From positions 1-60,743 of the forward strand of contig JBBRDG010000005.1 of NCBI GenBank assembly GCA_038204165.1: a DNA stretch of 60,743 bases, written 5' to 3'. Made by a program: the position numbers and the translations under genes. The DNA comes from Elusimicrobiales bacterium (GTDB taxonomy: Bacteria > Elusimicrobiota > Elusimicrobia > Elusimicrobiales > UBA9959). Within the stretch, counting starts at the first letter, position 1. Each line of letters starts with the position of its first letter. Below, piece by piece: positions 8,291 to 15,937 of this stretch. The notes under the pieces were generated by a model that searched no databases, was not told the DNA's origin, and saw only the letters and a program-made list of their open reading frames with translations.

Positions 8291-9499
8291 ATGGAAAAAA
8301 TCAAGGCTTCAGCCCTCGTCATAGACGACGAGGAAGATATGCTCATGCTCTGTTCCCAGGTGCTGCAGGGAGTGCTGACCGAAGTGGACCAAGCCGGTTC
8401 CAGCTCCGAGGCGCGCGCCGCTTTTCATAAAAAAACTTACGACCTGGTGCTCACGGATATAAACATAGACGCGGGCGGCAACGGCGTGGCGCTGGCGCAG
8501 GAGATACGGAACATCTCGCCCGACACCAGAATAATTCTTATGACGGCGGACCCCACGCTGGAGACGGCCATAGGAGGAATGAAGTCGGGCGTAATGGAAT
8601 ACATAATAAAGCCCTTCTCTATAGATTACCTTACTAGCGTGGTGCGGAACGTTTTCGAAAAGGGCAAACTTACCTCAGAACTTGAACGCGAGAAGGCGAT
8701 GAAGCAGGAACTGGAGTCCGCCTATTCGCAGCTAAAATCCTCGGAGAAAGTTAAGGACGCCTTTCTTTCGCGCCTGAACCACGAGCTGCGCACGCCCATG
8801 GCCATAGCGCTGGCCTCGTCAGAGCTGCTGGGGCAGCAGCTGAAGGAGGAAAAAGAACTTGAGCTGTGGGGTTGCAGCGAAAAGGCTCTACGTAACCTGC
8901 AGCTGGCTATAGGCGAGCTGCTGCTTTTCAGCGACCTGCTCAAAGGCAGCCTGAAGCTGGATAAGAAACCGACTGACCTGTGGACTTTGCTGGCCGAAAC
9001 TACAAAGGGTCTTAAATTCCTGTATGACGACATGGAAATCAAGGTCAAACTTCAATCCGAGGGCGAGGCCTACCTGGTGCCGGTGGCTCAGGACCTGGTA
9101 GGCGAGGCTTTCAGACAGCTCCTCGTGAACGCAGTGAAGTTTAATAAGAAGGGCGGAAGTGTAGCTGTGCGGGCGCATTACGCGGCGGACAGGGTGGTTT
9201 TCTCTTTCTCTAACAGCGGCATGGACGTGAGCGAAGTAGATATGCCTCACCTCTTCGATAGTTTTTTCCAGACGGCGGATTACCTTACGCGGGAGGTTGG
9301 GGGCATAGGGCTGGGGCTGGCCACGGTAAAACAGATCATGGACGCGCACGGCGGCGGCGCTACGGCGCATAAGAACCAGGCTGGCGGCGGAATGACTTTC
9401 GCCATCTCGTTGCCGAGGGAAGATAATAAAATAACCGGGGAAAATTTATCGGGGCACCGGGAATCGAACCCGGAACTCATGCACCCAAAGCACGCGTGA
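8291..9499 (+). CDS. Hybrid sensor kinase with N-terminal receiver (REC-HisKA-HATPase_c)
   Basis: REC: ALVIDDEEDM ... DLVLTDINI ... IIKPF. H-box LNHELRTPMAIAL. N-box NAVKFNKKGG. G-box GGIGLGLATVKQIM. ATG 8291 follows a G-rich RBS, after the stop of the previous gene at 8283. The last 17 codons run antisense through tRNA-Pro. Confidence 0.85.
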   Translation: MEKIKASALVIDDEEDMLMLCSQVLQGVLTEVDQAGSSSEARAAFHKKTYDLVLTDINIDAGGNGVALAQEIRNISPDTRIILMTADPTLETAIGGMKSGVMEYIIKPFSIDYLTSVVRNVFEKGKLTSELEREKAMKQELESAYSQLKSSEKVKDAFLSRLNHELRTPMAIALASSELLGQQLKEEKELELWGCSEKALRNLQLAIGELLLFSDLLKGSLKLDKKPTDLWTLLAETTKGLKFLYDDMEIKVKLQSEGEAYLVPVAQDLVGEAFRQLLVNAVKFNKKGGSVAVRAHYAADRVVFSFSNSGMDVSEVDMPHLFDSFFQTADYLTREVGGIGLGLATVKQIMDAHGGGATAHKNQAGGGMTFAISLPREDNKITGENLSGHRESNPELMHPKHA

Positions 9500-9520
9500 G
9501 AACCATTTCACTATGCCCCG
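9449..9520 (-). tRNA. tRNA-Pro (anticodon TGG)
   Basis: Hand-folded cloverleaf. Acceptor CGGGGCA/TGCCCCG with discriminator A. D stem GTGA/TCAC. Anticodon stem CGTGC/GCATG with loop TT-TGG-GT (G37). T arm CCGGG-TTCGATT-CCCGG. CCA is not encoded. Confidence 0.9.
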
Positions 9521-9603
9521 CTCTGTCTACCTGGGATAACGCAACTCTGACGTGTTATATTCTACAAAATTGCACCTCTTTAAGGCGGCAAGCCCGCCCC
9601 CCT

Positions 9604-9631
9604 TTGTTAAAAGTCCCAAAAAATATATAAT
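9604..9631 (+). promoter_or_regulatory. Candidate sigma70-type promoter for tRNA-Gln
   Basis: TTGTTA (9604-9609), 16 nt spacer, TATAAT (9626-9631). The predicted start lies a few nt before the tRNA 5' end at 9642. Confidence 0.55.
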
Positions 9632-9641
9632 AGAAAAGTAT

Positions 9642-9715
9642 TCCGGGATGGTGAAATGGTATCACAGCGGACTCTGAATCCGTTTTTCTAGGTTCGAATC
9701 CTAGTCCCGGAGCCA
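9642..9715 (+). tRNA. tRNA-Gln (anticodon CTG), CCA encoded
   Basis: Acceptor TCCGGGA/TCCCGGA (U1:A72, as is typical of bacterial tRNA-Gln), discriminator G, CCA. Anticodon stem GCGGA/TCCGT with loop CT-CTG-AA. T arm CTAGG-TTCGAAT-CCTAG. Confidence 0.9.
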
Positions 9716-9724
9716 AATTTAAAA

Positions 9725-9750
9725 AGCCCCTGCTAAGGGGCTTTTATATT
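9725..9750 (+). terminator. Intrinsic terminator after tRNA-Gln
   Basis: Stem agcccct/aggggct with loop gcta, followed by tttatattt. Confidence 0.75.
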
Positions 9751-9752
9751 TA

Positions 9753-9903
9753 TGGCTCCGGGACAGCGAGACATAATTATGTCTCGCGTTAGGATTCGAA
9801 AGCCGGACCTGCGAGGCCAGCAGGCCGTAGCAGGGAGGCGGGGGCGCGGGCGCTGACGAGCGACGGCGAGGAAGCGACCCGTGACCGAATCCTAGTCCCG
9901 GAG
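9753..9903. repeat. tRNA-Gln 3'-end copies: an inverted copy split by a palindrome, plus an exact 18-nt direct copy
   Basis: 9753-9764 is the exact reverse complement of 9704-9715. 9789-9800 is the reverse complement of 9693-9704 (11/12). A perfect 22-nt palindrome lies at 9766-9787. 9886-9903 is identical to 9695-9712. Confidence 0.9.
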
Positions 9904-9915
9904 AGATTTCAAAAG

Positions 9916-9944
9916 ACCCTGGCAGTTTTGCCGGGTTTTTTTTG
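9916..9944 (+). terminator. Intrinsic terminator closing the tRNA-derived repeat block
   Basis: Stem accc(t)ggca/tgccgggt with one bulge and loop gttt, followed by an 8-T run. Confidence 0.7.
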
Positions 9945-9963
9945 TTTGGTATAGTTGATTTGG
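9931..9963 (+). repeat. Left copy of a 33-nt imperfect direct repeat flanking the low-GC insertion
   Basis: ccgggttttttttgtttggtatagttgatttgg matches 11816-11848 at 26/33 positions, with a core of 17/18. It contains TGgTATAGT (extended -10-like). Confidence 0.8.
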
Positions 9964-11815
9964 GTCTAGAGAAGACTTATAGGGAGCGAGTCACCGTAAG
10001 GGGCTAATTGCGGGGGGCTTGAGATACTTGTTCTTATGTTTCCTGCAAACTATTGCATTTAGGGAAACTCCTTAACAAATTTTACGGTTTATCTGGAAAT
10101 ATCTTTCTCTCAGCCACATAGAGCTTCACCGTGCCGCTTTGAAAATACAACATAAAAGGATTATAGTTACGGCGTAGTATCTCCTGATCTATGTTGTAAA
10201 TCCTGGTTATTTTTTCAAAATCCGGCGCGTCATAAAAAACACAATAAATTTTCTGAAAGCCATTCTTTATTTTGGCATTAAGCATCTTGTCGCGCTTGTA
10301 TTCAAACATCCGCATGTATACGTCTTTGCTGTTGTCGCTCAGGTAATAACGGATGTTATTGTCTATTCCGTAGGCGGGAAAATACGCGTCATCAGGCCGG
10401 AGAATTTTATTCAGTACCGAAGCGGTAATTTTAGGGGAGAGGTCTGGCTGTGACATAAACTCAGCGTAAGTTGTCTTGTATCCGGATAGTCCAATTCCTG
10501 CCAGTATAGCCGCCGTAAACACCGCGGAAGAGAGTTTGTTCTTCAGGATTACCTGTATGCGGGCTAAAAAAACGCTGATAAGGATAAAAATGAACGGTTG
10601 CAGATAAAGGATAGTCCGCTCAGGCACGATCTTATGGGAAAACAAAAGGGCAACAGCCGGCGTGAACAGAAGGCTCGCCAGAAGAAAGCCTTTCTTTTTA
10701 TCGTCATGAGTCGTCAGAATGAGCCCAAGGACAGCAAGTCCCGCTGTGCCGGCCATCGCCATGCGGCTCCCATCGCCAAATGGTGAAAAAAGATAGGCGA
10801 GCACTTGCTGTAAATACATCAGGAGCTGTATCGGTTGTTGGGGCGTCGACTCGCCTAGCCACCAGATTCTGTCGGGATAGAAATACCAGAAGACTATGGG
10901 AGGCGCGTACAGCAGGAGTGTCGCTCCGATCATTATGGCATGGTATTTTACCCAGTCATGCAGCAGGACGCGGCGGTCCCGAGAATTCAGCCGGCAGAGA
11001 TAAGGCAAAAAGAACGCCCAGACCGAAACAAGATAAAAAAGCGTTGTCGGCACCGTATACAGGCTCAGCACCGCCCCGGCCGCATACATCTTCCAGTATG
11101 AGGATGTTTTACCAAGAGGGTCACGGAGGACGGAGAATATCCCGTACGCGGAAAGCAAGGTGAAAAAGATATTCATTGAATATCCCCGCGCTTCATGGGC
11201 GTAATTGATCTGGGAATAGGAGAGAGCGGACAAGGATAAGGCAAAAAGCGCAGCGGCAACTCCGAAAAACCTTCGGACGAACGCAAATAGCATTATCAGA
11301 GAAGCGAGAGAAAAGAAAAAGGCGGGAAGCCGTATAAATACTTCGCTGTTATTGAAAAGAGTGGAGAAATATATGAACAGACTGTGGAGAATATGATTGT
11401 TGGGATAATCATATCGGGCAAGCGTATGTATAATCCCCGGGTTTACGAATACTTCATAGGTGAAGGTTTCGTCATGCAGCATTGGCCGGCCGAGATGCCG
11501 CACCCTTAACAATATTCCCACAAAGAGAACCGTCAGCAAAAACACCTGCTCCGTACGGGAAAGAGAACGCCATCCTTCTGAAAATATCCGAAGCCATTCT
11601 TTAAAACAAGAGACGAACCTGTCGGCATACCTGGTAGAAAACAGCGGAGGAATCATTCTTTTGATTTTAACAAATGCCAGACGTAAATAAAAATTTTCAG
11701 CCGAGAATGGCGCCCGGGACAAATTTTTATGATAGAGAAAGTGAATTGGCGGCAAGAAACACTTTTTAAAAAGGGAGTTCGTAGAACCGCATAAAGGGGT
11801 TTTAGCTATTCTTTC
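9964..11815. other. Compositionally atypical (low-GC) insertion carrying one GT-C glycosyltransferase gene
   Basis: Hand counts of 60-nt lines inside give about 32-43% GC (10081, 10141, 11341), against about 70% just outside (12001). It is bounded by the direct repeat and lies next to tRNA-Gln. No integrase or transposase is present. Confidence 0.55.
10082..11656 (-). CDS. GT-C fold glycosyltransferase, ArnT/PMT (family 39/83)-like integral membrane protein
   Basis: At least 10 predicted TM segments. The first-loop DE motif sits in RVRHLGRPMLHDETFTYEVF, followed by YPNNHILHSLFIYF. Start set at ATG 11656 (MIPPLFSTRYADRF), because the ORF-track extension to 11917 would overlap the divergent gene. 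Confidence 0.65.
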   Translation of the reverse strand: MIPPLFSTRYADRFVSCFKEWLRIFSEGWRSLSRTEQVFLLTVLFVGILLRVRHLGRPMLHDETFTYEVFVNPGIIHTLARYDYPNNHILHSLFIYFSTLFNNSEVFIRLPAFFFSLASLIMLFAFVRRFFGVAAALFALSLSALSYSQINYAHEARGYSMNIFFTLLSAYGIFSVLRDPLGKTSSYWKMYAAGAVLSLYTVPTTLFYLVSVWAFFLPYLCRLNSRDRRVLLHDWVKYHAIMIGATLLLYAPPIVFWYFYPDRIWWLGESTPQQPIQLLMYLQQVLAYLFSPFGDGSRMAMAGTAGLAVLGLILTTHDDKKKGFLLASLLFTPAVALLFSHKIVPERTILYLQPFIFILISVFLARIQVILKNKLSSAVFTAAILAGIGLSGYKTTYAEFMSQPDLSPKITASVLNKILRPDDAYFPAYGIDNNIRYYLSDNSKDVYMRMFEYKRDKMLNAKIKNGFQKIYCVFYDAPDFEKITRIYNIDQEILRRNYNPFMLYFQSGTVKLYVAERKIFPDKP

Positions 11816-11848
11816 CCGGGGTCTTTTTGTTTGATATAGTTTTACTGG
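11816..11848 (+). repeat. Right copy of the 33-nt direct repeat; also the probable extended -10 promoter of the O-antigen-ligase-family gene
   Basis: ccggggtctttttgtttgatatagttttactgg, with TGaTATAGT at 11832-11840. The ATG at 11850 lies only 9 nt after the -10, so the mRNA would be near-leaderless. Confidence 0.7.
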
Positions 11849-11849
11849 T

Positions 11850-13427
11850 ATGTACGACCGTCTCGCTTCCCGCTTGCTCTTCTTCGCCGGCGCCATTCTT
11901 GTGGTGCTGGTGGCCACGCCTTATAAAATTTTCGACCTGGACCGCTTCCTGGCGCCCAAGGAATTGGCGCTGCACGCGGCCGCGCTGGGGCTGGTGCTGC
12001 TGGGGCTCCGCCGCGTGAAGGCGCTGGAGTTCAGCCGGCTGGACCTGGTGTTCGGGCTGTACCTGGCGCTCAGTTTTATAAGCGCGTTGTTCGCGGCCGA
12101 CCACTGGCTTTCCGCGCGTGCGCTGCTGGTAACGCTCTCGGGGGCGGGGGTATTCTGGTCCGCCCGCGCGGCCGCCGAAGACGGCGAGCGCCGCGTAGTG
12201 GTGGCGGTCGTAGCTGCCGCGGGGGTGATCGGCGCCGCGGCCTCGCTGGCACAGGCCTACGGTGTAGACAGCGAGCTCTTCAGCCTCAACCGCATCCCGG
12301 GGGGAACATTCGGCAACCGCAATTTCATGGCGCACCTGGCGGCTATCTGCGTTCCGGCGCTGGTGCTGGTTGCCGTCAAGGCGCGCCGCTCCTGGTCAGC
12401 GGCAGCCTGGGCCGCGGGGCTGGGGGTTATTGCCTGCGCGCTGGTGCTTTCACGCTCGCGCGCGGCCTACCTGGGCCTGGCCGCCGGCGCGGGCTTGCTG
12501 ACTTTCGGGTTCTGGCGCGCGCACGGCCGCTGGAACGATCCTAAGCTCGCGCGCCGGATGAAGCAGCTCGGGCTGGCCGTAGTTTTAGGCATACTAGCCG
12601 CGCTGCTGCTGCCGAATACGCTCGAATGGAAGAGCGATTCCCCGTACCTCGACACGGTTACCGGGATGGTGAATTACCAGAAAGGGAGCGGGCACGGGCG
12701 CCTGATTCAGTACGCGAGAACGCTACGCATTGCCGCCGCGCACCCTTTGCTGGGCGTAGGGCCGGGCAATTGGGCGGTGGTTTACCCGAAGGTGGCCGAG
12801 TACTTCGATCCCTCTATCGACTATTACCGCGGCACGACCATAAACCCCTGGCCAAGCAGCGACTGGGTGGCTATTGTCTCCGAGCGCGGCTTCCCGGCAC
12901 TGGCGGCTATTCTGCTGTTGCTTGGCGGGCTGTTGGCCGGCGCGTGGAAACGTGTCGCCGGGGCCGCCGCCGTGGACGAATATATTGAAGGGCTGGCCCT
13001 GGCCGCCGCGCTGTTGGTAACCGTGATAGTCGCCTGCTTCGACGCCGTGCTGCTGCTGCCTGCGCCCTCGTTCATAATCTGGGCGCTCTTTGGCGCGCTG
13101 GCCGCGTCTTCGCCGGCCTTCAGGACGGTCACGCTTACGCCGCGCGTCAGGCGGCGCCTTAATATTGCGGTGATAGTTGTGGGCTGCGCGGCGCTCCTGC
13201 GCGGCACGGGGCAGGTAGCGGCGATGGTACTTTACAGCAAGGCGCATACGCCCGCGCAGTTCAGGCGCGCCGCGCTGCTGGACCCCGGCAATGACAGGAT
13301 CCGCGCGCGACTTTCAGCTTTCGGCGAAAGGGGCAGGCGGCCCGTCCACCGGCTTACGGAGAGAGGCACCGGGAGGCTGCTGCAGGGTGCTACGGTTTTA
13401 TTAGAATTCGGAGGGGATACACGGTAA
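11850..13427 (+). CDS. O-antigen ligase / O-antigen polymerase family (Wzy_C) membrane protein
   Basis: Polytopic membrane protein. Wzy_C-like core: NRNFMAHLAAICVPALVLV ... LVLSRSRAAYLGLAAG ... HPLLGVGPGNW. Confidence 0.75.
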   Translation: MYDRLASRLLFFAGAILVVLVATPYKIFDLDRFLAPKELALHAAALGLVLLGLRRVKALEFSRLDLVFGLYLALSFISALFAADHWLSARALLVTLSGAGVFWSARAAAEDGERRVVVAVVAAAGVIGAAASLAQAYGVDSELFSLNRIPGGTFGNRNFMAHLAAICVPALVLVAVKARRSWSAAAWAAGLGVIACALVLSRSRAAYLGLAAGAGLLTFGFWRAHGRWNDPKLARRMKQLGLAVVLGILAALLLPNTLEWKSDSPYLDTVTGMVNYQKGSGHGRLIQYARTLRIAAAHPLLGVGPGNWAVVYPKVAEYFDPSIDYYRGTTINPWPSSDWVAIVSERGFPALAAILLLLGGLLAGAWKRVAGAAAVDEYIEGLALAAALLVTVIVACFDAVLLLPAPSFIIWALFGALAASSPAFRTVTLTPRVRRRLNIAVIVVGCAALLRGTGQVAAMVLYSKAHTPAQFRRAALLDPGNDRIRARLSAFGERGRRPVHRLTERGTGRLLQGATVLLEFGGDTR

Positions 13428-13441
13428 GAGATCCCCGGGGC

Positions 13442-14386
13442 CTACTTCCCCGCTTTGCAGGTTTTGGCCAGTTCCGCTACATCCGCAGTGGCGGCTGTCA
13501 TGCCCTCACCTTTATTTATCTTGTACATGATCGCTTCTGGATCTTCTACGTGCCCCAGGCCGAGCGCGTGGCCGAGCTCGTGCGCCAGCAAGCGCACCAA
13601 CTGTTTGTGGTCGGAATATTCGTAAATATCGATGGTCTGCACGCCCGCAGTCCTACGGTACAAGCCCTGCTCGAACATGCCCATAGCCGCGCCGGTGCGG
13701 TTATACTGCGCCACGTTCAGGTTAAGCTGCACTATAAGCTGGTTTAGCGTGGTGGCCAGGGCGTTAAGAGTGTTTATATTAACGTTCAGAGCTTTCTCGA
13801 AAGATTTTAAGGCCGCGAATTTCCGCGCCAGTGCCGCCTTACCGGCCTTCAGCCGCCTTAGCGCCGCCGCCGACGCGCGACCGGCCTGGTTCAGTCTGCT
13901 TACTTCGGAGTTGTACTCGTCAACATACTTCTTATAGGCGGCCACCCGGAGATCGTGCGCTAACTGTTCGGAGTCCACTTGCGCCGAGAGCGCGTCGAAT
14001 TTAATTTTCAGCTCGCCGTAGGATGCCCGGCTCTGGTTGGTCTGGATGCCCGCCGCTTTCAGCGTGTCGGCCGCGGCCTGGCGGCTGTCGTAGACGAAGT
14101 TTACCGTTACGTCGCCGCTACTGGCCGCGTATTCAAAGAGCGCCCGGCCCGAAGGCTCGTTCCAGATAACCGCGGCTTCCCTGAGCTCGCCGGCCAGCGT
14201 GTCCGTGGAAATGCCGAAACGCGGGTCGACGGCGCCGATAGAATAGGTTACAGGGACGGAGCAGGGGGCCGCCTTGATCCTGATCTTATGCTCCAGCAGC
14301 CGCAGCTCGGCCAGGTGTGAGTAAATTTCGTATCCGGCCGCGCTTAGCGCGAGGAAAAGCAATAGCCAATCCAGTTTTCTTCTCAT
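13442..14386 (-). CDS. Membrane-anchored metzincin (matrixin-like Zn protease) with a long internal coiled-coil insert
   Basis: N-terminal TM/signal WLLLFLALSAAGY. The C-terminal region has HELGHALGLGH (HExxHxxGxxH) and the Met-turn AIMY. The N-terminal catalytic beta region is separated from the active-site helix by about 130 residues of heptad-like A/L/K/N-rich sequence. Confidence 0.7.
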   Translation of the reverse strand: MRRKLDWLLLFLALSAAGYEIYSHLAELRLLEHKIRIKAAPCSVPVTYSIGAVDPRFGISTDTLAGELREAAVIWNEPSGRALFEYAASSGDVTVNFVYDSRQAAADTLKAAGIQTNQSRASYGELKIKFDALSAQVDSEQLAHDLRVAAYKKYVDEYNSEVSRLNQAGRASAAALRRLKAGKAALARKFAALKSFEKALNVNINTLNALATTLNQLIVQLNLNVAQYNRTGAAMGMFEQGLYRRTAGVQTIDIYEYSDHKQLVRLLAHELGHALGLGHVEDPEAIMYKINKGEGMTAATADVAELAKTCKAGK

Positions 14387-14571
14387 TTGAGTTTATATCG
14401 TGCCATTATCCGGCAGTAAAATCAACTGCCGGGCGGCCTTGGGTTTTAGCTTGCCCTTAGGGCCTAAGCCGGCCTGGTACAATAAGGCCTTGAAATATTG
14501 CATCCCGCAATGTATAACTTATCTGTAACTTAGCTATAAGGGAATAAGATTCAAAGTGAGCGTGACTTCTA

Positions 14572-15840
14572 ATGAAAAAAATTAAAACTATTTTACTCAT
14601 AATTTCCGTATCGCTGCTCGCCGGCGCTTTGAACGCGGGCTCTTTTGAAAGAGACTTAAAGAGCTCACAGGGCAAGGTTAAAGGGGAAGTTGTTCCAGAG
14701 CCGACCCTCGCGCAGGCTGTGGCCCAGCAGGGCGGGACCAGGTGGTGGAGCGTTAATTTCTTCGGCTCCGCCCACCGCGCCATCATCAAGGCCTCGCTCA
14801 AACTAATCGACGGCAATATTTACCCGGACATGAACGCCGCCAAGGACGATCTTAAAGTGGGCGCCAACGACGAGACAGGGCATCCTGACAATACCATGAA
14901 CGGGGGGGACGTGAAAGCTCTTTGGGAGGGAGCCAGGCCCGAGACCAAGGGCGGCGTGCTGCAGAACTACCAGCTCTTCAAGTTTCATGAGGCTTACGAG
15001 AGGCTGGGCGCCCTCATTCACCTCACTCAGGACCAGTCCGTGCCTACCCACGTGGCGAACGTGAAGCACGGCATCAGCGACAGCTTTGAGGGGTTCTACG
15101 ATAACACCGTAAAGATTAATTCTATCCGCTTCTCCGAGGATCTCGAGCCTTACGACTATTACCAGCGGCTGCAGGATGAGACCCGCGTTAAGCTGCCCGG
15201 TTGGACCGACCCCGCCACCGGTCGGCCTTACTGGGTATCCGCGCCGGACGTTCCGCCCCTCGGCCAGGACGCCACTTTTGGTCCCCGCGGGCATTACGGC
15301 GGTAAAAAGAACAGGGACGTGTACGCGGTGCCGCCCCCTAATAATAATTCCGACGGCCGCGATGACAATACCTGGACCAGCGCCCATCCTGAGATTCGGC
15401 TGCAGCAGTTGACCGCTGCCGGTGAAGCCACGGTGCGCGTGATGCAGTCCGCTTCCAAGAGGCTGCCTCCCATCATCAAGGACTTGTCCGCAACTGCGCT
15501 GGCCGTGGATAATCAATCCGGCGCCTTGGTCCGGTTCACCGCCTTCGATAACCGTTCGACCAGCCTTAAGTTCATGGCAACCCTTTACCGCGGCGAGGAA
15601 AAGCTGGGTGTAGTGGCCACCGGGGAGTTTCCGCTGAACGCCAAGGACGAGACCGGCATAATGCGCGTGGGCAACGGCAATTTCGTCTGGAGCGGCTCGG
15701 TGGGGGCGGAACGCCTGGTCCCCGGCAATTACACCCTGGAGGTCCGCCTTAAGGATACCGACGGGAACATCTCTCCCGAACCCCTTAGCGCCGCCCCCGA
15801 CTATGCGGGCCGCACCAAGGTGGCGTTCACGCTGAACTGA
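14572..15840 (+). CDS. Secreted zinc-dependent phospholipase C-like protein with C-terminal Ig-like domain
   Basis: Signal peptide MKKIKTILLIISVSLLAGALNA. Zn_dep_PLPC-like ligands: W-WSVNFFGSAHRAI, ANDETGHPD, LIHLTQDQSVPTHVAN. C-terminal beta-rich segment: GNYTLEVRLKDTDGN. Confidence 0.6.
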   Translation: MKKIKTILLIISVSLLAGALNAGSFERDLKSSQGKVKGEVVPEPTLAQAVAQQGGTRWWSVNFFGSAHRAIIKASLKLIDGNIYPDMNAAKDDLKVGANDETGHPDNTMNGGDVKALWEGARPETKGGVLQNYQLFKFHEAYERLGALIHLTQDQSVPTHVANVKHGISDSFEGFYDNTVKINSIRFSEDLEPYDYYQRLQDETRVKLPGWTDPATGRPYWVSAPDVPPLGQDATFGPRGHYGGKKNRDVYAVPPPNNNSDGRDDNTWTSAHPEIRLQQLTAAGEATVRVMQSASKRLPPIIKDLSATALAVDNQSGALVRFTAFDNRSTSLKFMATLYRGEEKLGVVATGEFPLNAKDETGIMRVGNGNFVWSGSVGAERLVPGNYTLEVRLKDTDGNISPEPLSAAPDYAGRTKVAFTLN

Positions 15841-15862
15841 AGGCTTAAACATGGTTGGGTAA

Positions 15863-15890
15863 AATCCCGGGGCGCAGGTCCCGGGGTTTT
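15863..15890 (+). terminator. Intrinsic terminator
   Basis: aat-cccggg / cccggg-gtt stem with 8-nt loop gcgcaggt, followed by tttt. Confidence 0.65.
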
Positions 15891-15937
15891 CTTAGGCGGG
15901 TTATTCCGCGCGGCAGCGCTGCCGATCAGGAGGTTTA

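Noticed and set aside
9753-9800. A third, minus-strand tRNA gene or pseudogene next to tRNA-Gln.
   Set aside because: Only the T-arm 3' half and the acceptor 3' strand plus CCA are present, split by a 24-nt palindromic insert. There is no D arm, anticodon arm or matching 5' acceptor in tRNA geometry. It is reported instead as a repeat.
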